A DNA stretch of 64,000 nt from NCBI GenBank assembly GCA_021813505.1, contig JAKAKI010000038.1:651-64650 (forward strand), given 5' to 3'. Of the stretch, positions 56,071-64,000 are shown in pieces. The position numbers and the translations under genes were made by a program. The notes beneath the pieces are model-generated. The model was not told the origin of the DNA. It worked only from the letters and a program-made list of their open reading frames with translations, and ran no database searches. The DNA comes from a bacterium (GTDB taxonomy: Bacteria; Zixibacteria; MSB-5A5; WJJR01). Positions within the stretch are counted from its first letter, which is position 1. The number at the start of each line of letters is the position of its first letter.

Positions 56071-57690
56071 CTACTTCAACCGGATCAGTTGGCTTTCTTT
56101 CGCGGGATCGTGGAGGACGACGGCATCAACACCATCGGCAATCAACTGGGCCTTCTCGGTGGGTCCGAATTCCTGCCAGGTCTTTATGGTATCGATCAGG
56201 CCGGTCGCGGTCTGGGAGTGATGCGCAAGGTACCCGTTGACGGCCTTGCGCTCATGCACAGTCTGCCAATACAGATACCAGTTACAGATTTGCAGTTTCT
56301 CCGAAATGGGCAGTTCACAGATTACTTTGATGGTTGAATCGGCTTTGATCTGCTCATAGACAGCGGGAACGTCCATCCGCGAAAGCTCGATCGGCCCCCG
56401 GATGTAGAGAGCGTAGATCGCAACGGCGAGCAGCAACTCCCCGGCGCTCAAGATCACCAGCCGAAGGAGGCGGCCGATGCGGCGCTGGGTGTAGGCGATA
56501 ACGGCTGCGAAACCAATGCCGATCAGAACCGCCAAACAAAGCTGGGCAACGATCACAAAGCGTGCCGGGGTGCGTGACAGGCTGAAGTACGGGACGATGC
56601 CGTACAACCATCGATACGGCAGCCAGCCGTCGAGATAGATTCGGTCCCCGATTGCCAGACTCGGCCCCAATGACAGAATCAGGAATATTCCGGCCAGCGC
56701 GGCCCATCTGTGCCGGTACTTGTGCGCCGTGTAGAGGAGCGCCGCCACCGCGAGGCCGATGATCAGCCAACCAAGGAAGACCTCGCCCGGCTCCGGCTGC
56801 TGCATACGGCTGGCGGGAACGATGAAGTCGGGAAGGCTGGCGGACCGGGGAATGCTGTCCCGCCAGGTCAGCGGCCAGGCAGCGCGCGCGTGCTTCAGGC
56901 TTATCAAGAGCGGAAGCGCCAACGGAATCGTCGCGAACGCGCCTAACAATCCACGCCAGATCAATCGCCAACGTTCGGGGTGAGCCCAGATATGTCTTAC
57001 CGAGACTAGCAGGTAAAGGACCAGAAAACTGCCGACCTGCATGGCATTGGTCAGCGAGGAATACAGTTGGATGGTGAAGAAGACGCCCGCCCAGATCAGA
57101 TCGGACCACCGCGAAGTATCGAGAAAGCGCAGCGAGAAATAGATCGCCAGAACCCCCCAACCGAGAAACAGCAGATTGAGATGCTCCAGATGAAACAGGA
57201 AGTAGGGCGAGAAGGTGAAAACCAAACTGCCGGCGAAGGCCGCCAGGCTGTAGCCGGTGACATACCGAATGAGGGCAAACGAGGCCAGCCCGCCTACCAC
57301 AAATGACAGGAGGACAAATAGATTGTAAAGCAAGGGGGCGTTGATGGGGATTCCGCTGACCGACGATACGAAGATCGCCAGGATGTTGGTGAACAGGCAG
57401 GAGTGGTGGGCAAGTTCGGTTCCATAGGGAAAATACATGACGTCGGTCCAGAATGGGGACTGATGGAGCTGGAGGAGGGCGGCCTTTGTCCACCAAAAGA
57501 ACCAGATGAATTGGCACTGATCGCCGGAGCCACTGCCACGAGGCGTGAAGTGGAGGGCATTGGCGAGCAGAGGGCGTGTGGCGATGATTGCCAGAAGCGA
57601 ATAAGTCGCGCAGAGCCCACCCCACAGGAGGATCGAACGCCGGAGTTGACGAACGCGAGGGTGCGGGGGGGGGGATTCCGATATTACCAT
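56071..57690 (-). CDS. polytopic integral membrane protein, GT-C/YfhO-like (function unknown)
   Basis: 539 aa from ATG (MVISESPPPHPRV) with GGAG SD. >10 hydrophobic helices; Trp/Phe-rich loops. C10 homopolymer inside codons 6-9. Confidence 0.6.
   Translation of the reverse strand: MVISESPPPHPRVRQLRRSILLWGGLCATYSLLAIIATRPLLANALHFTPRGSGSGDQCQFIWFFWWTKAALLQLHQSPFWTDVMYFPYGTELAHHSCLFTNILAIFVSSVSGIPINAPLLYNLFVLLSFVVGGLASFALIRYVTGYSLAAFAGSLVFTFSPYFLFHLEHLNLLFLGWGVLAIYFSLRFLDTSRWSDLIWAGVFFTIQLYSSLTNAMQVGSFLVLYLLVSVRHIWAHPERWRLIWRGLLGAFATIPLALPLLISLKHARAAWPLTWRDSIPRSASLPDFIVPASRMQQPEPGEVFLGWLIIGLAVAALLYTAHKYRHRWAALAGIFLILSLGPSLAIGDRIYLDGWLPYRWLYGIVPYFSLSRTPARFVIVAQLCLAVLIGIGFAAVIAYTQRRIGRLLRLVILSAGELLLAVAIYALYIRGPIELSRMDVPAVYEQIKADSTIKVICELPISEKLQICNWYLYWQTVHERKAVNGYLAHHSQTATGLIDTIKTWQEFGPTEKAQLIADGVDAVVLHDPAKESQLIRLK
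57665..57674 (-). other. 10-nt poly(C) tract (coding strand) near the 5' end of the membrane-protein gene
   Basis: + strand reads GCGGGGGGGGGGATT; encodes SPPP. Confidence 0.8.
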
Positions 57691-57918
57691 CGTGCTCCGG
57701 AAGACATCTGCGAGTTTGTGGGCAGAGTCCACCCAACAGCTCGGTTCCACTCGGTGAGCATGATGTTCATGTTCGATTCCATTTGCGGATATGTACGCGC
57801 GGCGTCGCGGACATCTCCGAAGCCTCGCACCGAGGGCGGGCAAATCCCGCCGCTATAACTGGGCTCGCACAGCGGACGGTGAAGCGTGCACGGCCATCCG
57901 CAGAATACTCAGGAAAAC

Positions 57919-58008
57919 TGGTGCCGGAGGCCGGACTTGAACCGGCACGCCCCATACGGGACAAGGGATTTTAAGTCCCTGGCGTCTGCCATTCCGCCAC
58001 TCCGGCGC
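57919..58008 (-). tRNA. tRNA-Leu (anticodon UAA), CCA encoded
   Basis: GCGCCGGAGTGGCGGAATGGCAGACGCCAGGGACTTAAAATCCCTTGTCCCGTATGGGGCGTGCCGGTTCAAGTCCGGCCTCCGGCACCA; anticodon loop CU-UAA-AA; long variable arm. Confidence 0.85.
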
Positions 58009-58090
58009 TGACGGACGAAACGCAAACGGGCGGCGCCCAGCAAGCGATTCCCCATCCGACAGGGGCTTGACGATTTCGAAGGATTGAAAA

Positions 58091-58162
<72 letters not shown>

Positions 58163-58241
58163 GTCGAAGTACCTGCCACTACTGGTAAAATCGGTGCCGA
58201 TGGGCTGAAAGTCAAATACGACCCCAACCCCTTGCCTGCCA

Positions 58242-58260
58242 ACAAAAAACCCGGCTCGGG
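58242..58260 (-). terminator. weak terminator-like hairpin CCCGAGCCGGG + UUUUUUG downstream of tRNA-Gly
   Basis: Minus-strand reads CCCGAGCCGGGTTTTTTGTT. Short 4-bp stem. Confidence 0.35.
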
Positions 58261-58305
58261 AGCGCGCCACCCTGTGGCGCATGGAGACCGGACCGAGATT
58301 TAAAG

Positions 58306-58379
58306 AGCGGGAAACGGGATTCGAACCCGCGACATTCACCTTGGCAAGGTGACGCTCTAGCCAACTGAGCTATTCCCGC
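58306..58379 (-). tRNA. tRNA-Gly (anticodon GCC)
   Basis: GCGGGAATAGCTCAGTTGGCTAGAGCGTCACCTTGCCAAGGTGAATGTCGCGGGTTCGAATCCCGTTTCCCGCT; anticodon loop UU-GCC-AA. Confidence 0.85.
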
Positions 58380-58470
58380 CTCACCTGGGCCTACTATAGC
58401 GCCAGAAGGGATGTCTGTCAACCCAGATTTATTTGGTGGCCTTGCGAACGCGGTTTGCCGGGGAGAATTC

Positions 58471-60378
58471 CTACCAGAATCCGATCAGCCACGGGGCCAG
58501 CCGACTCAGATGGCGGGCGACTCCCTGCAATTGCGCCGTATCGTGTTTGGCGTTGTAGACGGTCGCCTTCTCCCACCAAGCCATGACGGCAAACGAGTCA
58601 ATGGCCAGGGCGGAGTCGGCATAATCGAGAGCCAGATCGTTCGCCCCCTGTTTGCGAAGCACGTCGGCCATGAACATGTAAGGAAGCGGGAAATCTCCCG
58701 GGCCATTCCGTTGGATGGCATAGAATCGATCGAACGACTCTTTCGACTTGTCGTTGATCATGAGATTCAGGGCATCGTTGACATCATGGGCCAGTTGAAT
58801 GGTTGGCCAGACTTCGTCCGGACCGGTATAGACGCCCTTCCGTTTGGAAATGGCGAGCATCTTGCTCCCCCCTTTGGGGGCAAACAGAATCGTGTAGTAA
58901 TTCCGACGGTACTTCTTGTGAAGCAAAAGCGCCCGCTCGGCCGGGGCCGATGGTTTATGGCCGGTTGAGAAGAGAATGTAGTCCGGGTCCTGGCTGAGCA
59001 GGTACGATGCGTTGAAGTTGCGTTCCCGCCAGGTGGAGACGTTTCCGGGAACAGACTCCGGGTGCCGGGCGATGGTCGAATCGGTCAAGCCGAGCATGTC
59101 GATCACCCGATGACCCAGCAGATCGAACGACATCTTGCCGATGGTCGACACCGCCAGGGAGAAGTTGGATTTGTCGACCTCGGTCAGATTGCGGGAGACT
59201 TCGGACATCTTGCTCACCAGAGCCAGTTCCATGTCCCGGATGCGGGCGAGAGAATCGGCGGGGCCAAGCATGGTCCATGCAGCCATCGCCAGTCCCGCCG
59301 CTGTGGTCACCCAAGGTGCCATCCTACCGCCGATGAACCGATTGAACACCCACCCTAAAGAGACGAGCACCGAGACCGCCAGGAGGACTGTGCCGGGCAC
59401 AAAGAAACGATGTGCCTTGAGCACATCCCCACCCACGAAGACGATGTAGGCAGTGTACACCAGCCAGATTGCGGGAATCGCCCGCCAGCGCCGGGGCAGG
59501 ATGCGCAGCGAGAAGATGGCAAGAAGGGCCGCGGCGCCGAAGAACCCGTACTGGCGAAGATAGAGCCAGGCGTAATCGAATCCACTTTGGAGGTACTCCA
59601 GACCCAGTCCGGTCTTGGCATAGAACGGATTGGGCAAGAACGATCCGTAGTACCAGACTTTGAAGATGGCGAACGGGACAAGCAAAACGATTCCGGAGGC
59701 CAAGCGGATAGCGTTCCGCAGACCTTCTCCCCAAACCCACTCGGCCAGTACCAACAGGCCCCAGATCAGGGCTCCCTCGGGACGGCTCAAACAGGCAATC
59801 GTCAACGCGGGGATGGTCAGCCACGATCTTCGGACCCACCACCAAACCGCAAGGCAGGTCCAGAACGCAAACCACGCGGTTTCCAATCCGGACACCGACC
59901 AGTAGGCAATCGAGCCGTTCCCCGCGACCAGAAGGGCCGCGGCGATGGCTGCCCCGACGCCGTTTCCCCAGCGAAGCTCCTGCCAGGCGGCACGGACCCA
60001 AAGACCGGTCAGGATGATAAGTCCCAGTCCGGATGCGATCCCCAAAACCTTGGCGACAGGATCAAAGGCAAAGTTGAGGCTGCCAGCCAGGACGAGCAGG
60101 ATGACCCAAAGGAAATTGGTGTACCCCTCGACGTGCTCACCGGCATTGAAGACCAGCCCATCACCGCGAAGCGCATTGGCGGCGTAGCGGTAGGAGATGA
60201 AGGCGTCGTCCTGGGTAAACCAGAGATTGCTCACTTGATAAATATAAACCGCGCACGCGGCGATTAGCCCGATAGCCAGAATCAGCTTTTCTGAGGGGAA
60301 ACTGCGGGCCCGCAGTCGCACGGCGTCCGGGGTTCTTCCTGCAGACGGCCGTCTCCCGGACTTGGTCGGTTTGGCCAT
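58471..60378 (-). CDS. GT-C-fold-like polytopic membrane protein with conserved N-terminal DD motif ([39 protein letters not shown]) and C-terminal soluble TPR-like domain; putative glycosyltransferase
   Basis: 635 aa. ~12 TM helices then a ~180-aa soluble C-terminal domain. Stop verified (…APWLIGFW*). Confidence 0.65.
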   Translation of the reverse strand: MAKPTKSGRRPSAGRTPDAVRLRARSFPSEKLILAIGLIAACAVYIYQVSNLWFTQDDAFISYRYAANALRGDGLVFNAGEHVEGYTNFLWVILLVLAGSLNFAFDPVAKVLGIASGLGLIILTGLWVRAAWQELRWGNGVGAAIAAALLVAGNGSIAYWSVSGLETAWFAFWTCLAVWWWVRRSWLTIPALTIACLSRPEGALIWGLLVLAEWVWGEGLRNAIRLASGIVLLVPFAIFKVWYYGSFLPNPFYAKTGLGLEYLQSGFDYAWLYLRQYGFFGAAALLAIFSLRILPRRWRAIPAIWLVYTAYIVFVGGDVLKAHRFFVPGTVLLAVSVLVSLGWVFNRFIGGRMAPWVTTAAGLAMAAWTMLGPADSLARIRDMELALVSKMSEVSRNLTEVDKSNFSLAVSTIGKMSFDLLGHRVIDMLGLTDSTIARHPESVPGNVSTWRERNFNASYLLSQDPDYILFSTGHKPSAPAERALLLHKKYRRNYYTILFAPKGGSKMLAISKRKGVYTGPDEVWPTIQLAHDVNDALNLMINDKSKESFDRFYAIQRNGPGDFPLPYMFMADVLRKQGANDLALDYADSALAIDSFAVMAWWEKATVYNAKHDTAQLQGVARHLSRLAPWLIGFW

Positions 60379-60503
60379 GACGTATCAAGACCCAGCGGCG
60401 CCTTGTTGCTCCGGCTGGGAAAGCCAAGGAAAGCAAACGGTGGCCGGGTTGCAACGGTGAAGCGCGAATGAAGCGGCAGCAGAATCGAGATGCTGGGATG
60501 CCG

Positions 60504-61297
60504 TTAGTACGATCCCAGTAACCAGGGGGCGAGCTTGCGCAGTTGGGCTTGGGTCGCTTCGAGACGCGCGGTGTCTTGTTGTTCGTGATAGATGACCGCC
60601 TTTTCCCACCAGGCCATGACGGCAAACGAATCGATCGCAATCGCCTCATCGGCGTACTGCAGCGCCAGTTCCTTGGCGCCCTGGCTGCGGAGGATTTCCG
60701 CGATGATCATGTCCGGAAAGGGAAAATCTCGCGGTCCTTCCTGTCGGAGGCGGGACAGGAGGTCGTACGATTCTTTGGACTTGTCGGTGATGAGCAGGTT
60801 GATCGCATCATGGATATCCAGTGCGAGCTGGCTCGACGGCCAGACCTCATCCAGCCCCTGAAAAGTGCCTTTGCGGCGGGAGATTACCTGCATTGTCGCA
60901 CCGGCCACGCGTGGCGGGTACATTCCGGCGGTACTTCTTGTGCAGCACCAGCGCCCGTGAAGTTAGTGTACCCCTCAACCTTCTCCCCCGCGTTGAAAAC
61001 CAGCCCATCGCCACGCAGCGCATCGGCCGCGTAGCGGTACGAGATGAAAGCGTCATCCTGGGTAAACCAGAAGTCTCGGACTTGATACAGGAAGAGCGCA
61101 ATCGCCAGCAGAAGGCCGATTCCCCAAAGCCAATCCTGGTTCGAAAGCCGCCGCGTACGCGACTGTGAACCGACGTGCGATCTTTCGAATGGTGATACCG
61201 ACCCGTGGCTATTCGCTCTGGTCATGGCTTGGCGGCAGGAGTAATTCCGTGCTGTATCCCGCAGTGCCAAGGAAGCAAACCCAACGGTATCGAGCAA
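60504..61297 (-). pseudogene. internally deleted remnant paralog of the 58471..60378 gene (N-terminal ~110 codons fused out of frame to C-terminal ~150 codons)
   Basis: ORF 60884..61297 encodes ...[44 protein letters not shown] (matches the N-terminus of the full gene). ORF 60504..60923 encodes ...GLDEVWPSSQLALDIHDAINLLITDKSKESYD...FAVMAWWEKAVIYHEQQDTARL...LAPWLLGSY (matches its C-terminus). The two are in different frames. Nucleotide matches to 60100-60378 and 58471-58930. Junction near 60950. Confidence 0.75.
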
Positions 61298-61353
61298 TTA
61301 CGAACAACGCCGCGAATGCACGGGGTGAGGCGAGGATCCTGGATTGAGAGTCC

Positions 61354-62970
61354 TCAGGACACAGCGGCAGAGACCGGCTCATGGTGGACATGGCGCAGCC
61401 CGGTCGTTTCGGTGTTGATCCACGGGAAGGACTGCGTGGTCAACACCTCGATGAAGATGTTCACAAGATTGGGGTCGAATTGGGTGCCGGCGCAGTCCTG
61501 GAGTTCCTTGCGGGCGTCCTCCCAGGTGCCGGCCGTTCGATAGGGCCGGTCCGACGTCACCGCGTCAAACGTGTCCACCACCGCGAGGATTCGGCCTTCG
61601 ATGGGGATCTTGTCCCCTGCCAACCCCGTCGGGTATCCCTTGCCGTCATAGCGCTCGTGATGGTAATACACGTACGGTACCGCCGGTTTCAGAAAGGGAA
61701 CATCCTGAATGATGGTCGCGCCGATTTCGGGATGACGCTTCATCAATTCAAACTCTTCCGGGGTCAGCGGGGCCGGCTTGTTGAGGATGTGGTCGGGCAC
61801 ACCGATCTTCCCGATATCGTGAAGGGTGCATCCGATCCACAGATCGAAGAGCTGCTCGACACCCCAGCCCAGACGGCGGGCAATCGCCTGTGCCAGAACC
61901 TTGACGCGGTCGGTGTGGCCGCGCGTGTAGGGGTCACGCGTTTCAATCGCGTTGGCCAGCGCCGCCACGGTGTCCATGTAGGCACTTTGGACGTTCTTGT
62001 AGAGGCGGGAGTTCTCGATGGCGATGGCGGCCTGGGCGGCGGTGATTTCAATCGACCGCATCGTGCCTTCGCTGCAAGGGCCGGCGTTTGATTTGCGGAT
62101 CAGATTCAGTACGCCGATGACGGAGCCTTTGGCGATCAGGGGCTGGCAGATGAGATCGTGTTCGCGGAGCCCGCTTTCGAACATGTCGGTCTGGCGTCCG
62201 CTGAGCACGATGGTGCGTCCGGTGGCCAGACCGGTTTGAACCGCCGGCGTGACGCCCTTGAGGAATTCGAGGTAGGTGGGATTGTGTGTCAGTTCATTCT
62301 CGCCGTCCATGACCTGCAACTGCAGGGCGGGACGCGATCCTGTGCGCAGGAGAATCGATGCCGCCTGGACGGAGAATTCGCGCCGCACGGTTTCGATGAC
62401 CATGCTCAGCAATTGGTCGAGTTCCAAAGTTGATCCGATCGCACGAACCAGCTCGGAGATGGCGACTTGTTCCCGCAACTGCATGTTTTCGCGGCGCATG
62501 CGTCCGCGTTCCAGCGCGCGGCGCACTGTCGTGATCAGGTGCTGGACTTTGAATGGCTTAAGCAGATAATCGTCGACACCAAGTTGCATCGCCTCGATGG
62601 CGGTTTCGACGGTCGGGTAGCCGGTGATGAGAATGGAGATGAGATCGGGCTGGTGAATGTGTCCGGCACGAATCACATCGACACCGCTGGCATCTTCCAG
62701 CATGAGATCGGTCAACAGCAGCGCGATGGGCTGAGATGACAGGATGCGCTCGGCCTCTGCGCCATCGCCGGTCGCCACGACCTTGAGGCCCATTTCATGT
62801 TCGAGACATTCCCGTAACAGGCGCCGTAGAAGCGGATCATCATCCACGACGAGGACTGTCCCGACAGAGGAGTTCATCGGGCGCGATGACAGGGACAGGT
62901 CAGTCATTTCACCAGTAGTATCGGGTGTTGAAACAGGACTGTTCAGCGATACATTCGGCAATTGACTCAT
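61354..62970 (-). CDS. response regulator with receiver, GAF and HD-GYP (c-di-GMP phosphodiesterase) domains
   Basis: Receiver VLVVDDDPLLRRLL...LLLTDLMLEDASG. HD-GYP motifs HTDRV...LHDIGKIGVPD...HHERYDGKGYP. Confidence 0.9.
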   Translation of the reverse strand: MSQLPNVSLNSPVSTPDTTGEMTDLSLSSRPMNSSVGTVLVVDDDPLLRRLLRECLEHEMGLKVVATGDGAEAERILSSQPIALLLTDLMLEDASGVDVIRAGHIHQPDLISILITGYPTVETAIEAMQLGVDDYLLKPFKVQHLITTVRRALERGRMRRENMQLREQVAISELVRAIGSTLELDQLLSMVIETVRREFSVQAASILLRTGSRPALQLQVMDGENELTHNPTYLEFLKGVTPAVQTGLATGRTIVLSGRQTDMFESGLREHDLICQPLIAKGSVIGVLNLIRKSNAGPCSEGTMRSIEITAAQAAIAIENSRLYKNVQSAYMDTVAALANAIETRDPYTRGHTDRVKVLAQAIARRLGWGVEQLFDLWIGCTLHDIGKIGVPDHILNKPAPLTPEEFELMKRHPEIGATIIQDVPFLKPAVPYVYYHHERYDGKGYPTGLAGDKIPIEGRILAVVDTFDAVTSDRPYRTAGTWEDARKELQDCAGTQFDPNLVNIFIEVLTTQSFPWINTETTGLRHVHHEPVSAAVS

Positions 62971-63110
62971 TTCCGCGAAGTTGTTTGAGAGGTAATGACG
63001 GACCGGCCGAATCGCATTGCGCCAGTCACAAAAGTGAAGCGAATTGCGGTGTGCGTGAGTTGCACAGAGAGCAGCGCGAGAGCAATGTCCGTGCCGGGAT
63101 GAATCGCGAC

Positions 63111-63303
63111 GGTAGCATGGGTAGCATGGGCATCCTGCCCATGCAGTTCCGGCGGCAGGGCGTGTTGACTACATCGCACCAGAACTGGTAGGGTGGGCTT
63201 TGCCCACCTATCTTCCCCGCGCGAATGGGACGGTGGGCGGAGCCCACCCTACATGCATCCGGACATACCCAAATGCATGGGCAGGATGCCCATGCTACCA
63301 TGC
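63111..63303. repeat. nested palindromic repeat cluster: GCATGGGCATCCTGCCCATGC / GTAGGGTGGGCTTTGCCCACCTA / GGTGGGCGGAGCCCACCCTAC / GCATGGGCAGGATGCCCATGC arranged symmetrically
   Basis: Direct reading. Outer arms TAGCATGGGCATCCTGCCCATGC (63122-63144) and GCATGGGCAGGATGCCCATGCTA (63275-63297) are reverse complements. Inner arms are the GGTGGGC-N3-GCCCACC hairpins. Lies between cobA stop and HD-GYP gene start. Confidence 0.8.
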
Positions 63304-63316
63304 GGTGGCACGTTCT

Positions 63317-63874
63317 CTAGTAGTCGATGCCCTTTTGGGCCAGTTCGCCCTTCTGGTAGGGGTGTTTGATCTCGCGCATCTCGGTGACCAGATCAGCGGC
63401 CTCGAGAACCTCGGGCGGCGCCCCACGTCCAGTGAGAACCAGATGCACACTTGCAGGTTTTTGCGCGATCAGTGCAAGGAGATCGTTGGCGGTCAGGAAA
63501 CCAAGCTGGCAGCCGACGAAGACCTCGTCGAGAATCACAACATGATATTTCCCGGAGACAATCTCTGTTTTGACATCCTCGAGGGCGTGGAGGGCGGCCT
63601 GCCGGTGGACCTCGCGCGGTTTCTTGTCATCGACGATTCCGACAAACCCCTCCCCTCTTTGGCGGAGTTCGACATAAGGCTCGAGGCGTTTGATGCCATC
63701 CAGTTCGCCGTAATGCCATGATCCCTTGATGAACTGCCAGATGAGGGTTCGCAGGTTATAGCCGGTGGCGCGGATGCACATGCCGAGTGCCGCGGTAGTC
63801 TTGCCTTTGCCGTCGCCGGTGTAGCAGATCACGAGGCCTTTGCGGACTTGGATTTTCGGTGGGTCGAGTTGCAT
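63317..63874 (-). CDS. cobA: cob(I)yrinic acid a,c-diamide / cob(I)alamin adenosyltransferase (CobA/CobO/BtuR family)
   Basis: P-loop CYTGDGKGKTTAALG. Family motifs LDEVFVGCQLGFL, VLTGRGAPPEVLEAADLVTEMREIKHPY. Start at internal ATG MQLDPPKIQVRKG. Confidence 0.85.
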   Translation of the reverse strand: MQLDPPKIQVRKGLVICYTGDGKGKTTAALGMCIRATGYNLRTLIWQFIKGSWHYGELDGIKRLEPYVELRQRGEGFVGIVDDKKPREVHRQAALHALEDVKTEIVSGKYHVVILDEVFVGCQLGFLTANDLLALIAQKPASVHLVLTGRGAPPEVLEAADLVTEMREIKHPYQKGELAQKGIDY

Positions 63875-64000
63875 GAGGGCTCCTTCAGTGTGCGCCAAGA
63901 ATGCAGTGGGCGGAGCACGCCTCCAAGGGGAATCTGAGCCCTCCTGATTGTGATTCGTTCACGGCGCGATCACGCACGGCCGTCGCCGCTGTCTTTCCCC

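Overview
This 64-kb window is a high-GC bacterial chromosome segment that carries two tandem giant repeat-rich surface proteins, a compact selenocysteine locus, a bacillithiol operon and an operon that may encode an NADH-linked glutamate synthase. It is probably from an FCB-superphylum organism: it has a T9SS C-terminal sorting domain, a bshC-bshA-bshB1 bacillithiol cluster and giant PKD/SprB-type surface proteins. Gene order, left to right:
- glnA, partial, minus strand; not in the ORF track because its stop lies outside the window.
- A stomatin/NfeD pair and an amidohydrolase.
- A compact selenocysteine locus: selB, selA and tRNA-Sec.
- A single-operon bacillithiol pathway, bshC-bshA-bshB1.
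- A TetR-controlled RND efflux operon (tetR, TolC-like, MFP, RND pump) with a candidate operator palindrome.
- A hypothetical secreted protein.
- Two tandem, co-oriented giant surface proteins of 2769 and 3006 aa. They combine a signal peptide with VWA or unknown N-terminal heads, PKD-like repeats, 15-18 copies of an ~82-aa four-cysteine repeat, Ig-like modules and dockerin-like EF-hand C-termini. One carries a near-perfect 987-bp tandem duplication, and their 3' ~2.4 kb are nearly identical.
- A ~1-kb non-coding divergent region, then an ABC-2 exporter.
- A T9SS-CTD cargo protein and oligopeptidase B, bracketed by two inverted 135-bp MITE-like elements.
- A sigma-54 activator followed by an operon of a NuoE-like protein, a NuoF-GltD fusion, a NuoG-N-terminal-type ferredoxin and an archaeal-type FMN glutamate-synthase subunit; a candidate NADH-linked (possibly bifurcating) GOGAT.
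- tRNA-Leu, tRNA-Cys and tRNA-Gly.
- Two GT-C-like membrane proteins. One has a C10 homopolymer near its 5' end. The other is followed by an internally deleted paralog remnant.
- An HD-GYP response regulator and cobA.
Intergenic regions are packed with several families of GC-rich palindromic REP-like repeats. No transposase, integrase, CRISPR or rRNA is seen.
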